From NCBI GenBank assembly GCA_951406725.2, contig OX597825.1, positions 63,054,001 through 63,118,000 on the forward strand: a stretch of 64,000 nucleotides of DNA, given 5' to 3'. This DNA is from Octopus vulgaris. Its lineage: Eukaryota. The notes below the pieces were generated by a model that was not told the origin of the DNA, did not search any database, and worked only from the letters and a program-made list of their open reading frames with translations. The position numbers and the translations under genes are program-made. This document shows, in pieces, positions 26,663 to 38,832 of this stretch; position 1 is the stretch's first letter, and every line of letters starts with the position of its first letter.

Positions 26663-26820
26663 TTTTTTTTGACATTGTTTTCTATCTTGTTGCTATTGTC
26701 ATCATTATCATATGTCTATCCCTAACATATGTTTCAAACACTTAATAATGTAAGGTAGATCATTTTGCTCATTTTTTGCAACTTCTTACTTATTTTCAAA
26801 GCTAATTTAAACATCTATGT

Positions 26821-27163
26821 TGTCGTTGAGACCCCCTTCAGTCATGACTGACCTTGGGATTGCACCTAGAGAGTTACCCTCCCATGCACAAGTCTGGGCA
26901 AAGTTAATTATGGAAGACCAGCAGTCTCTCATGCATACCAGCCTCCCCTCTCCACACCACCAGTGTTATCCAAGGGAAAGGCAAAGGGGCCGATACAGCT
27001 TGGCACCTGTGACGTCGCCACTCATTTCTGCTGCTGAGTGAACAGGAGCAACGTGAAATAAAGTGTCTTGCTCAAGAACACAACATGCAGCCTGGTCCGG
27101 GATTTGAACTCACAACCTCACAATCGTAAGCTCGATGCTCTAACCACTGAGCAATGCACCTTC
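26821..27163 (-). mobile_element. SINE family C
   Basis: TSD AAACATCTATGT at 26809-26820 and 27164-27175. Confidence 0.92.
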
Positions 27164-27329
27164 AAACATCTATGTAGTAAATTGAATTATATGAGAAATT
27201 CTGCCTTTAATGAGTCAAAATATGGTATGTGTGCAAGCACGTGCACACACGCACCCCTCTCCCTACACATACACACATGAACATATCCATACACACAAAT
27301 GTACATACTCAAAGGCATCCCATTGTTAA

Positions 27330-27549
27330 TCCTTTCGTTTCTGTATTTATTTTGAAATGCTCTGTTTCTTTCGATTACTTTAAATATTACAAAGAATTTA
27401 GTAAAATAATCTGGTTATCATTAAACTAGTGTTAGGAACATAAAATGTGACTAAGGTTTGGTGGAAGATTTTAATTCAAAACTTATGGAAACAAGCAATT
27501 TTTGTACTCAGAGCCAGAGCCAATTTCAGCCGGGTTGGTAACGAAAGAG
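27330..27549. mobile_element. piggyBac-type MITE
   Basis: TTAA on both flanks; termini TCCTTTCGTT..AACGAAAGAG (imperfect TIR). Confidence 0.7.
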
Positions 27550-27609
27550 TTAAATCCTAAAATAAAGTCTGAAAGACTGAAGGACACTTGCCTCAGCAGA
27601 TTTGTTGAA

Positions 27610-27767
27610 CCACAAATTGGTTGGCATTAGGAAAGGCATCCAGCTGTAGAAACACTGCCAGATCTGACTGGCCTGGTGCAGCCTTCGGGCTTGCCAGACC
27701 CCAGTTGAACCGTCCAACCCATGCTAGCATGGAAAGCAGACGTTAAACGATGATGATGATGATGATG
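27610..27767 (+). mobile_element. RTE 3' tail
   Basis: Conserved tail plus (GAT)n. Confidence 0.85.
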
Positions 27768-28176
27768 TTGCTGTCCACCACTTCACCATTTTAGTAGTTG
27801 ATTTGTTTCCATTCTTTTCTGAATTTTATTTTTTTTATAGGAGTCAGAATTAACTAATTAATTATTTAATATCAAGAACAAGATAGAAATGACAATTAAA
27901 TATTCTTTATTGTGTACATGAAAGTAAGTCCTTTCAACTGTCTGTCAATTAATATTTGACATTTATATTTCTCAAAATTCTAGCAAGTATTTGTCTTTTA
28001 CTGTTTTTGTAATTTTGTAGACTACAAACATTTTCTTTAAATTTTAAAGTAATTTTTAACATTTACATCTACTCTCTGTTGTGTCTGTTTTGATGTCTGA
28101 TCATAATCAGGGGTTTTATGTGTATAACACCTGTCTAGACACTAACTAAGAATGGCTATTTCTAAACTGGTGGTAC

Positions 28177-29462
28177 TATCAGGTCATCCTATAAGTTCTG
28201 TCTGAATTTTGACTAAAGAAAACAAGTGATCAAATGTTATATTTAATTGAAATTTAATCATCAATGTGCTTTCCCTGATTCTTTATGACTTCCTTCCATC
28301 TATTTACAAGCTTTTTAATCCCATCAATGTAAAACTCTTTTGGTTTCAAAGCGAAGAACTCTGAAACGTCAGTTTCAACCTCCTCCTGGCTTGCAAAAGT
28401 TATGTCCCCCAAATGATTCTGTAAACTACGAATCAAATGGTTGTCTGAAGGAGCAAGGTCAGGAGAATAAGGTGGATGAGGAATTTTTTCCCAAACAAGC
28501 TCTTCAATCTTCTGTGATGTGATCTTTGAAGTGTGGGGTCATGCATTGTCCTGCTGAAACATCACTCCTTTTCGATTCACTAAAGCGGGTCTTTTTTCCT
28601 TCAAAGCTTAGTTCGAACGCACTAATTGCTGACAGTAGACTTGAGAAATGATTGTTGCATTAGGTGGTAACAATTCAAAATGAATTACCCCTTTGCAATC
28701 CCACCAGATAGAGAGAACCTTTTTCCCATAAAGTTCCATTCTCAGTTGTGGTTGAGCTTTTTCCCTTCCACCAAGCCACTGTTGACAACATTTAACATTT
28801 CGGTAGAAGATCCATTTTTTGTCACCAGTCAGAAGTCTTTCCAAAAAGGGTGAAATGAGTTTGCGAGAATGGAGAGAAGAACAGATATCAACTCAGGATT
28901 TGCAGTTGCTTTTAGACAATTCATGAGGCATCCATTTTCCAAGTTTAGGAACCTTTCCAAGTTGTTGAAGATGACGATGAACAATTGTATGGTTTGAACT
29001 AAGCTTTATTGCCAATTCTTCAACTGATAATGCAGGATTTTCTTCAAGTAATGCCTCAAAGAGCTTATCATCAAACTCAACTGGAAATCCTGTTCAATCT
29101 TCTGCAAGGCTGAAATCTCCACTTCTAAATTTTGCAAACCATCTTCTGCAAGTTCTTTCATTCAAGCATTCTTTCCCATAAACTGAGTGTATGTTCCTAA
29201 TCGCTTCAGCTGCAGAGTTTCCTTTTTTGTACTCATAAAGCATTATGTGCCTTAAATGCTCTTTGGATACTTCCATGTTAGAAAGGGTTTTAATCAAAGA
29301 AATTTTAATTCTATTATTCTGTAAAATAATATTTAATTAGTTTAAATGTACACAAATGTATAAAAATAATTTTTAATTCCATTAGACATTCTAAAATACT
29401 ATTAAATTTCATTCAATTTTAAAAAAGGTAAAATTGGACAGAACTTATGGGATGACCTGATA
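28177..29462 (-). mobile_element. Full-length mariner transposon (~1.29 kb) with both TIRs
   Basis: TATCAGGTCATCCTATAAGTTCTGTC..GACAGAACTTATGGGATGACCTGATA with terminal TA. Confidence 0.95.
28254..29276 (-). pseudogene. Mariner transposase, disrupted
   Basis: MEVSKEHLRHIMLYEYKKG..RWFAKFRSG, WMPHEL, TGDKKW, QQDNA*PH, PPYSPDLAPSD, FYIDGIKKLVNRW; split by stops and frameshifts. Confidence 0.93.
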
Positions 29463-29557
29463 ATTCTCTTATTCAAAAGTTCATAAATTTAATTCTTTGT
29501 TTATTGTGTAACTGGTTGCCTTTCTATGCCTAAAATGAATAACAAAAAGTACTTGAA

Positions 29558-29865
29558 TGAAGCACGTAGCCTAGTGGTTAGAGTAGTAGACTCACAGTTG
29601 AGGGATCGTGGGTTCAAATCTTAGACCAGGGGATGTGTATGTTTATGAGTGAAACACCCAACCTTCACACAGCTCTGGCAAAAGGTAATGGCAAACCTCT
29701 GTCGACTCTTTCACCATAACTTTCTCTCACTCTTTCTTCGTGCATCTGGCAGCTCATTTTTGATGGACTAGCATCCCATCCATGTGGGAACCTATATGCC
29801 AATGAAACCAGAAAACTGGCCCTTATGAGCTAGGCATGGGTCAAGAAAGAACAAACAACAAAACA
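29558..29865 (+). mobile_element. SINE family D
   Basis: Flanking repeat ACTTGAATGAA at 29551 and 29866; (AAC) tail. Confidence 0.88.
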
Positions 29866-30042
29866 ACTTGAATGAACGTCAGCTATGTCGGTGGCCTAAA
29901 CTATGAAAGAAGTGTGTCAAAATATATAAGGTTAAAGATTAGTATAGGAACAAATAAATCTTTGAATGAAATTTTAATAATTATTTTAGAACTAGGAACA
30001 ATTTTCTTTACATGATTGAAGTTCATTACAGCAGAGATACAC

Positions 30043-30157
30043 AATAATAATGAACTTATTGTCTACAATGCTCAGGTGCATTACAACTCATCAGAAAAAA
30101 TAACCAAAACAGCATGAATATTACACAGAATATACACAGGAAGTGAACAGTGAACAG
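30043..30157 (-). mobile_element. CR1-type LINE 3' tail
   Basis: Reverse complement resembles the 3' UTR at 58185-58290 (CTGTTCACTTCC..TGCACCT-AGCA-TGTA-ACAATAA). Confidence 0.65.
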
Positions 30158-30319
30158 GCGCAGGAGTAGCTGTGTGGTAAGTAGCTTGCTTACGAACCAC
30201 ATGGTTCCAGGTTCATTCCTACTGTGTGGCACCTTGGGCAAGTGTCTTCTACTATAGCCTCAGGCCAACCAATGCCTTGTGAGTGGATTTCGTAGACGGA
30301 AACTGAAAGAAGCCCGTTG

Positions 30320-30388
<69 letters not shown>

Positions 30389-31032
30389 ATATATTTGTGT
30401 GACTGTGTTTGACCCTCCAACATCGCTCGACAACTGATGCTGGTGTGTTTATGTCCCCGTTACTTAGCGGTTCGGCAAAAGAGACCGATAGAATAAGTAC
30501 TGGGCTTACAAAAGAATAAGTCCCGGGGTTGAGTTGCTCGATTAAAAAGGCGATGCTCCAGCATGGCTGCAGTCAAATGACTGAAACAAGTAAAAGAGTA
30601 AAAGAATAAAAGAGTGAACAGGCACAGGAGCGGCTGTGTGGTAAGTAGCTTGCTTATGAAGCACATGGTTCCAGGTTCATTCCTACTGTGTGGCACCTTG
30701 GGCAAGTGTCTTCTACTATAGCCTCAGGCCGACCAATGCCTTGTGAGTGGATTTCGTAGACGGAAACTGAAAGAAGCCCATTGTATATGTATATATATAT
30801 ATATATGTATGTGTGTATATATTTGTGTGTCTGTGTTTGTCCCCCCAACATCGCTTGACAACTGATGCTGGTGCGTTTACGTCCCCGTAACTTAGCAGTT
30901 CAGCCAAAGAGACCGATAGAATAAGTATTAGGCTTACAAAAAATAAGTCCTGGGATCGATTTGCTCGACTAAAGGCGGTGCTCCAGCATGGCCGCAGTCA
31001 AAAGACTGAAACAAGTAAAAGAGTAAAAGAGT
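30155..31032 (+). mobile_element. Head-to-tail pair of SINE family A
   Basis: Two full copies, each preceded by AGTGAACAGGC and sharing private variants. Confidence 0.92.
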
Positions 31033-31046
31033 GGAAAAATCTTTAG

Positions 31047-31266
31047 CCCTTTAGCATTCAAACTAATATGTCAAAAGTAATCTTTATTCATTTACATTTA
31101 AAAAAATTAATCTGGTATTATCTTGTAGCTTCAAGATTTGAAAGTTGTAATTGTTTATTTTTAGAATGACATTGCAGGGTAGGTGTGAGATACTGGTTCT
31201 GGCCAGTTTGAGCATAAAACATGTAGAATACATGGGCCAGATATAGCCGGTTTAAACACTAAAGGG
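31047..31266. mobile_element. piggyBac-type MITE
   Basis: TTAG-CCCTTTAGCATTCAAAC..GTTTAAACACTAAAGGG-TTAA. Confidence 0.75.
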
Positions 31267-31619
31267 TTAAAAATGAAGAAGAAACAGGGTTTGAGGAAAT
31301 CAAGTGTACTGTTGGCAAATTTCAAGAATGGTAGTTTGTGCTGAGCTTGGAAAAGCTGTAACCATTTATAAAAACATTTTTACTTTCATAGCTATAGTTA
31401 ACAGATACAGCACTATTTTTATAGCTCATCAAGTGACCAGCAGAATTTATTACAGAAGTCTTAACAATTCTCAGTGCACTTTTGTAATATTTGTTATCTC
31501 TATTTCTTTTAAACCATTTATATGGCTTTCGTAAATAGACTCTAGTTTGGTTCAGGTAATTCTCTACGTTTTAAATGATAGGTTATTCTAATTTTTGTTT
31601 AGAATATCTTTAAGATATT

Positions 31620-31756
31620 GCTTCTTCTTCTTCTTCTTCTTCTTCTTCTTCTTCTTCTTCTTCTTCTTCTCCTCCTCCTCCTCCTCCTCATTATTATTAT
31701 TATTATTGTTTAGAATATCTTTAAAATATCGCTTCTTCTTCCTCTTCTTCTTCTTC

Positions 31757-31791
<35 letters not shown>

Positions 31792-31817
31792 TCTTCTTCC
31801 TCCCCTTTTCTTCCCCT

Positions 31818-31888
<71 letters not shown>

Positions 31889-31898
31889 TTCTTCTTCC

Positions 31899-31929
<31 letters not shown>

Positions 31930-32044
31930 CTTCTTCTTCTTCTTCTTCCTCCTTCTCCTCCTCCTCTTCCTCCTCTTCTTCTTCTTCCACTTCTTCTTCT
32001 TCTTCTTCTTCTTCTTCTCCTCCTCCTCCTCTTCCTCCTCTTCT

Positions 32045-32076
<32 letters not shown>

Positions 32077-32110
32077 TTCTTCTTCTTCTTCTTCTCTCCT
32101 CCTCCTCCTC

Positions 32111-32145
<35 letters not shown>
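31620..32145. repeat. Compound (CTT)n/(CCT)n/(ATT)n microsatellite
   Basis: Direct reading. Confidence 0.97.
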
Positions 32146-32147
<2 letters not shown>

Positions 32148-32497
32148 TGAGACCCCCCCCCCCACCTTCGGTCATGACAGAGACCATGGAATTCCACCTA
32201 GAAAGTTAGCCTCCAAGGCACAAGTCTGGGCAAGGTTGCTTATGGAAGACCAGCAGTCGCCCATATATACCGGCCTCCCCTCTCCACACCACTGATGTTA
32301 TCCAAGGGAAAGGCAAAGGGGCCGATACAGCTTGGCCCCGGTGACATCGCAACTCATTTCTACAGCTGAGTGAACTGGAGCAACGTGAAATAAAGTGCCT
32401 TGCTCAAGAACACAACACGCAGCCCGGTCTCGGATTCGAGCTCACAACCTCACGATCGTAAGCTTGATGCTCTAACCACTGAGCCATGCACCTTCAC
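32146..32497 (-). mobile_element. SINE family C inside (ATT)n
   Basis: Full-length homology. Confidence 0.92.
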
Positions 32498-32498
32498 A

Positions 32499-32535
<37 letters not shown>

Positions 32536-33009
32536 CTCTTCTTATACCTCTTCTCTCCTTCTTTCTCCTTCATCGTCGTCTCTTTCTCCTCTTACTCCCT
32601 GATTCATTTTGCTGTTGTTCCTTGTCTTGATAATGTCTTTACTTTCTTTTTTTTTTGCTATTATGGTTTATTTTATGTAAATAATTTTCAAAATGAAAAA
32701 TAATGATATTTTTCTGTTTTTAATCTGTTTGCATTTAGCTCAAAGCATAAAAGCGGACTGTGTTTCTTTTAATTTTTCTCACCCATTAAATAAGAAAAAG
32801 ATCCCAGGCATTTTGAATAGGTGTCTTACATTAAGTAACATTGAACACAATTATATCAGTGAAGCACATTCCATAAACGGGCAAAAGCCTTAAAGTTTGC
32901 ACAAATAAGATACAGGCCAAAAAGAAAAAAACAAAATATAATAAAGTAAATAAATATATTATAAAAATATATTCAAACATTTTGTGAAAAAATATTTCCA
33001 GTGGTTTTA

Positions 33010-34176
33010 GAATAAATGTTATGAATGATGACAGTTTCATCAAGAAGTGCAAGGGTCTGCATGTGGAGGGAACACATGGAAGGGTTAGACCGAGGAAGAT
33101 GTTGGATGTAGTGGTGAAAAAGGATTTTCAGATGTTGGGCCTCACAGAAGATATCACAGGGGACCAAAACTTCTTATTTCTTTATTGCCCACAAGGGGCT
33201 AATCATAGAGGGGACAAACAAGGACAGGTAAATGGATTAAGTTGATTACATTGACCCCAGTGTTTAACTGGTACTTAATTTATTGACACTGAAAGGATGA
33301 AAGGAAAAGTTGACCTCGGCAGAATTTGAACTCAGAACATAGCAGCAGATGAAATACCTATTTCTATGCTACCCACAAGGGGATAAACACAGAGGGGACA
33401 AACAATGACAGACAAATGGATTAAGTCGATTACATTGACCCCAGTGCATAACTGGTACTTAATTTATTGACCCTGAAAGCCTGAAAGGAAAAGTCAATCT
33501 CGGTGGAATTTGAACTCCAAACGTAACGGCAGACTAAATACCGCTAAGTATTTCACCTGGTGTGCTAACGATTCTGCCAGCTTGCCGCCTTATAAATTTT
33601 TTTACTACCCACAAGGGGCTAAACACAGAGAGGACAAACAAGGACAGACAAACAGATTAAGTCGATTATATCAACCCCAGTGTGTAACTGGTACTTATTT
33701 AAGGATGAAAGGCAAAGTGGACCTCGGCGAAATTTGAACTCAGAATGTAGCGGCAGACAAAATATTGCTAAGCATTTCGCCCGGCGTGCTAATGTTTCTG
33801 CCAGCTCGCCACCTTCTGGCAGTTTGCTGTGCTTGAGCAAACACATCAGGCTAAGTAAATACCAGGTTGTCCTTTATACACAGGCGTGTATCCTGCATCA
33901 CTCTTCAGCTGAGGATTCCTGATCTTCCAGGCTTGTGGGTGTTGGTACCACAAAAAAAAGCACCAGTACCGGTACCATATAAAAGCACTCATGCTAGTGC
34001 TGCGTGAAGGCACTCAGTACACACTGTAAAGGGGTTGGCATTAGGAAGGGCATCCAGCTGTAGAAACCATGCCAAAACAGATATGAGCCCAGGCAACTTA
34101 CTCCAGCTGACTAACTCCTGTCAAACTGTCCAACCCATGCCAGCATGGAAAAAGGATGTTAAATGATGATGATGAT
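33010..34176 (+). mobile_element. RTE LINE 3' portion interrupted by SINE B units
   Basis: MNDDSFIKKC..VEGTHGRVRPRKMLDVVVKKDFQMLGLTEDIT; resumes at ~33817 and ends in the RTE tail. Confidence 0.85.
33172..33815 (-). mobile_element. Three SINE family B units
   Basis: Dimer plus monomer. Confidence 0.9.
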
Positions 34177-34499
34177 TAATATGATGTTAGTGAAGTTGAC
34201 AAATTTGATGAATTGCATAAAAACAACACTACACATATGCCAACGGTTTTTTTGTCACTTGAAAAACCAATGTAAAGGCTAGTAGTTGGCGACAACAAGT
34301 AAATATTTAATATGAACGAACTGGTTGTAAAAAAAACATTTTGACACAAACCAAAAAAAAATAATAAAACAAAGCAGCGACATTTGTTTCTACCAGACAT
34401 TTTTTATTCAAGTAAATGATGAATTCTAAGTAACTTTCAAACGTATTACAAAATTGATTTGATTTTGTTCCTGAACAATAGTGGGTATATTCAGAGATA

Positions 34500-34720
34500 T
34501 CTATTCCTTTACTACCCACAAGGGGCTAAACACAGAGGGGACAAACAAGGACAGACAAACGGATTATGTCGATTATATCAACCCCAGTGCGTAACTGGTA
34601 CTTAATTTATCGACCCTGAAAGGATGAAAGGCAAAGTCGACATTGGCGGAATTTGAACTCAGAACGTAGCAGCAGACGAAATACGGCTACGCATTTCACC
34701 CGGTTCTGCCAGCTCGCCGA
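34500..34720 (-). mobile_element. SINE family B
   Basis: Homology to other copies. Confidence 0.9.
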
Positions 34721-35149
34721 TATTCAGAGGTATCAACAGATCAAATCTGAGAACTGAGCAAGCTTTTATAAGAAGCAACCATCCAACCAAAACCCTTTAA
34801 CAGGATTTTGTAGATGGGAAGTGGAAGAAACTTGTTCTATACAATTCATTTCTACAGCTGAGTGAACTAGAGCAAAGTGGGAAAATAAAGTGTCTTGCTC
34901 AAGAACACAACACACAGCTTGGTCTAGGAATTGAACTCACAACCTCATGATTGTAAGTCTGATGTCCTTACCATTGACCTATGTGCCTTCACAAATTATG
35001 TGTGTATTTAAAACTGATGAAGTCTGTTCATCATTTTTCGAGTTTGCAAGGAACGGGTAATTTTGACACATTTATATGTCTATTGCACAGGTTTACATAT
35101 ATCTTACTTTGATATTGCATGAATTGAACTCCCAGTAACAGTCCTCTAA

Positions 35150-35918
35150 TATTCTTTCCTACTCTAGGCACAAGACCCGATATTTTGGGAGAGGGAGCCA
35201 GTCAATTAGATCGAGCCCAGTATGCAACTGATACTTAATTTACCAACCTTGAAAGGATGAAAGGTAAAGTTGACCTTGGCAGAATTTGAACTCAGAATGT
35301 AAAGACAGACAAAATACCTATTTCTTTACTACCCACAAGGGGCTAAACACAGAGAGGACAAACAAGGACAGACAAACGGATTATGTTGATTATATCGACC
35401 CAGTGCGTAACTGGTACTTAATTTATCGACCCTGAAAAGATGAAAGGCAAAGTCGACCTTGGCAGAATTTGAACTCAGAATGTAAAGACAGACAAAACAC
35501 CTATTTCTTTAGTACCCACAAGGGGCTAAACACAGAGAGGACAAACAAGGACAGACAAACGGATTAAGTCAATCATATCGACCCCAGTGCGTAACTGGTA
35601 CTTAATTTATCGACTTTGAAAGGATGAAAGGTAAAGTTGACCTCGGCAGAATTTGAACTCAGAATGTAAAGACAGACAAAATACCTATTTCTTTACTACC
35701 CACAAGGAGCTAAACACAGAGAGGACAAACAAGGACAGACAAACGGATTAAGTCGATTACATCGACCCCAGTGCGTAACTGGTACTTACTTTATCGACTC
35801 TGAAAGGATGAAAGGCAAAGTTGACCTCGGCAGAATTTGAACTCAGAATGTAAAGACAGATGAAATACTGCTAAGCATTTCGCCTAGCATGCTAACGTTT
35901 CTGCCACTTCACCTCCTT
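35150..35918 (-). mobile_element. Tandem tetramer of SINE family B (~180-bp units, single head)
   Basis: Four cores joined at ..GACAGACAAAA-ACCTATTTCTTT.. Confidence 0.92.
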
Positions 35919-36055
35919 GCTGTCCTCTAATATTAAGCAAAACATTACGCACGTATAGTATACAAATTATCAGCTCTAGGTCTATGGAGCTTCTAGATTC
36001 CATGTGTATATAAATGGATTTGCTACTTATTTATTTAGGATTGATCAAGTGAGGT

Positions 36056-36107
36056 AGACACTTTCTGATGAAACCCAGATAAAGGTTGAAATCCATTAAA
36101 GCTGTTT
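36056..36107 (+). ncRNA. Candidate minimal type I hammerhead ribozyme
   Basis: AGACACTTT-CTGATGA-AACC-cagataaa-GGTT-GAAA-TCCA-TT-AAAGcTGTTT: intact core, stem II, stem I and a near-palindromic short stem III; folded by eye. Confidence 0.55.
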
Positions 36108-36359
36108 GTCATTCAATCTACTGAGAAGCAGGTAAGCTTTTCAGATGCATTAGCAATTAAATGGATTGAGGTTCCTAATTTCTTCTGCCAATAAATTGTC
36201 CTTTAGTTTGTGTCCTAGAAGGTAGAATAAGAAACCACTTAATCAAGAATTATGTCAACATTAATGATACGAGAAGGATTTCTCATAAAACAATGCGCCA
36301 ATATTATTTATCTAACCCAGTGATTCACAAATATGACGCAATTAGCTATATATATATAT

Positions 36360-36790
36360 CATCATCATCATCATCATCGCTTAGCATCTGCTTTCCATGC
36401 TAGCATGGGTAGGACGGTTCAACTGGAGTCTGGGAAGCCAGAAGGCTGTACCAGGCCCAGTCTGATTTGGCAATGTTTCTACAGCTGGATGCCCTTCCTA
36501 ACACCAACCACTCCGTGAGTGCAGTGGGTGATTTTTACGTGCCACCGGCACAGGTGCCAGACGAGGCTGGCAAACAGCCACGATTGGATAGTGCTGTTTA
36601 CGTGCCACCGGCACGGGGGCCATGCGAGGCTGGCAATGGCCCCGATCGGATGGTGCATTTTACGTGCCACCAGTATGAGGCCAGTTGGGGCGGTGCTGAC
36701 AACGGCCACGTTCGGATGGTTTTCTTACGTACCACCAGCACTGGTATCACAGCTGCAATTTCCATTGATGTTGATCGATTTTGATTTTGA
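36360..36790 (-). mobile_element. RTE 3' UTR
   Basis: Tail plus TTTTACGTGCCACC subrepeats. Confidence 0.85.
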
Positions 36791-37218
36791 TTTATATATA
36801 TTATATGAAATTCGTTGTCTGTGTGTGTGTCTTCTAGGATCTCAGGCATCCTCCATCCGATTGCACTTAAATTCGATATGTAGATACCGATAATATCAGG
36901 GCATGCATAATTTTTTTTTAAAATTCCAAAAATCGATTCCAGGTGAGAATGCGATCGATAAAGCTGTTCTCCCAATCAACAGCCTTATCATTACTGGTAC
37001 TTTAAACTCTTCGGTTGCATATTTGTGTGAATAAAATTGTTTTTCTTTGGAATAGAAAAAAAGTCTATCTTTATTTCTTCTTTTGCTGGTCTCAAATTTA
37101 GGTTAAATCAGTGTTCCTCAAGATGGAGGTCTATGAGACGGTCGGACAAGTTGTTTTGAGAAAATTTGGTTTAAATGCTTGACAACTCAGCACCGTCCAT
37201 TGGACCGGGGGCGTTTTG

Positions 37219-37222
<4 letters not shown>
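36791..37222 (+). mobile_element. Non-autonomous Helitron-like element
   Basis: 5' T(AT)n..GTCTGTGTGT start; 3' GC-rich hairpin CCGTCCATTGGACCGGG before a degenerate CTAG-like end. Confidence 0.55.
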
Positions 37223-37269
<47 letters not shown>

Positions 37270-37319
37270 ATATATATGTATATAATATAATATATATATA
37301 TAATATAATATATATGTAT

Positions 37320-37812
37320 GCACATGCCATAGAAACCCTTGCTTCAGATAGAGCTGGATGTGGAGTGAAAGCTTTTGAAGAGGCCACAATGACCCATGAA
37401 AGACTCAAAACAAGGAGATTGCAATCAATGGGAAGGTGAATCTCAGCGACCATTTTGTGTGCACAATTTGTGACAGGTCTTGCCTTTCTTTTGCTGGGCT
37501 CAAATCTCATTTGTGGACCCATGGAATATGAACCCCCACCAACTACTCAGCCCATATATTTGTGCACACCCGTGAATGACATGTATGCTATAAGGTCTGC
37601 AAATCTAACAGAGGCCTAAAAAGACATTTTAAGATCCACAAAGTTCAGAACTTATCTGCAGCTCTGGTGGTCCAAATCGGATATGCAATGTATGTGGGTG
37701 TCTTTCCAAAATATTGTCTGGTTTAAAAAGCCACATCAGACACCATGATGGATATAAGGTGCAAATACAAGCGGTGGTCAGACTCTGCATAAGGAATAGA
37801 CAACAACCATAC
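37320..37812 (+). mobile_element. RTE-type LINE C-terminus with three C2H2-like zinc fingers
   Basis: ETLASDR..GVKAFEE, then FVCTICDRSCLSFAGLKSHLWTH, VCYKVCKSNRGLKRHFKIH and CNVCGCLSKILSGLKSHIRHH. Confidence 0.7.
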
Positions 37813-37818
37813 CTATAC

Positions 37819-37850
<32 letters not shown>

Positions 37851-37883
37851 GTATGTATATGTATATATGTGTGTGTGTGTGTG

Positions 37884-38200
37884 TGTGGAGGTGCAATGGC
37901 CCAGTGGTTAGGGCAGCGGACTCGCGGTCGGAGGATCGCAGTTTCGATTCCCAGACAGGGCGTTGCGTGTGTTTGTTGAGTGAAAATGCCTAAAGCTCCA
38001 AGAGGCCCCGGCAGGGGCTGGTGGCGACTCCTGTTCTACTCTTTAGCCCCAACTTTCTTTCACTCTCTCTTCATGTTTCTTGAGTAATGCTGTGATCGAC
38101 TGCCGTCCTGTCCAGCTGGGGGGAATGCATACACTACAGAAACCGGGAAACCGGGCCCATGAGCCTGGCTAGTCTTGAAAAGGATACATAAACAAATAAT
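37884..38200 (+). mobile_element. SINE family D-related
   Basis: Head GTGGAGGTGCAATGGCCCAGTGGTTAGGGC..GTTTCGATTCC. Confidence 0.85.
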
Positions 38201-38295
38201 ATATATATGTATATAAGTATATATAAATAAATATTTATGTACATATATATATATATATATATAACTATATAATATTTATTTATATATACACACAC

Positions 38296-38346
<51 letters not shown>

Positions 38347-38670
38347 TTAATCCCATTTACCTCCTGACAAGTTTCTTCCTCTTATGTACACACATATACA
38401 CACATGTTTATATAAAATGATGGCAGTGATGGGGCTGAGGTTGTTTAATATTCAGATAGAATCTTTTACCCACAAGCCAAGTGCTTACTGTCTGTGAATC
38501 ACTGGTCTAGCACATGCTAGTATGGTACAATGGATGTAGACATAAACAAACAAACGATTATATGTATATACATACATAAACACATACATACATACATATA
38601 GAGAATATGTGTGTGTATATATATATTCATAAATATATATGTATATATATATATCTATATATTTATTTAT

Positions 38671-38707
<37 letters not shown>

Positions 38708-38729
38708 CGTACATACAAATATATATGTG

Positions 38730-38832
<103 letters not shown>

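Noticed and set aside
25783-26745. 320-aa His-rich ORF and overlapping poly-M/poly-I ORFs
   Set aside because: These are translations of a (CAT)n microsatellite that is open in several frames
30085-30100. CTGATGA on the minus strand
   Set aside because: Part of a CR1 tail, with no downstream stem II or GAAA
31588-32209. Poly-E/K/F ORFs
   Set aside because: (CTT)/(CCT) microsatellite
35150-35918. CRISPR-like regular repeats
   Set aside because: Contiguous SINE units with no unique spacers and no cas genes, in a eukaryotic context
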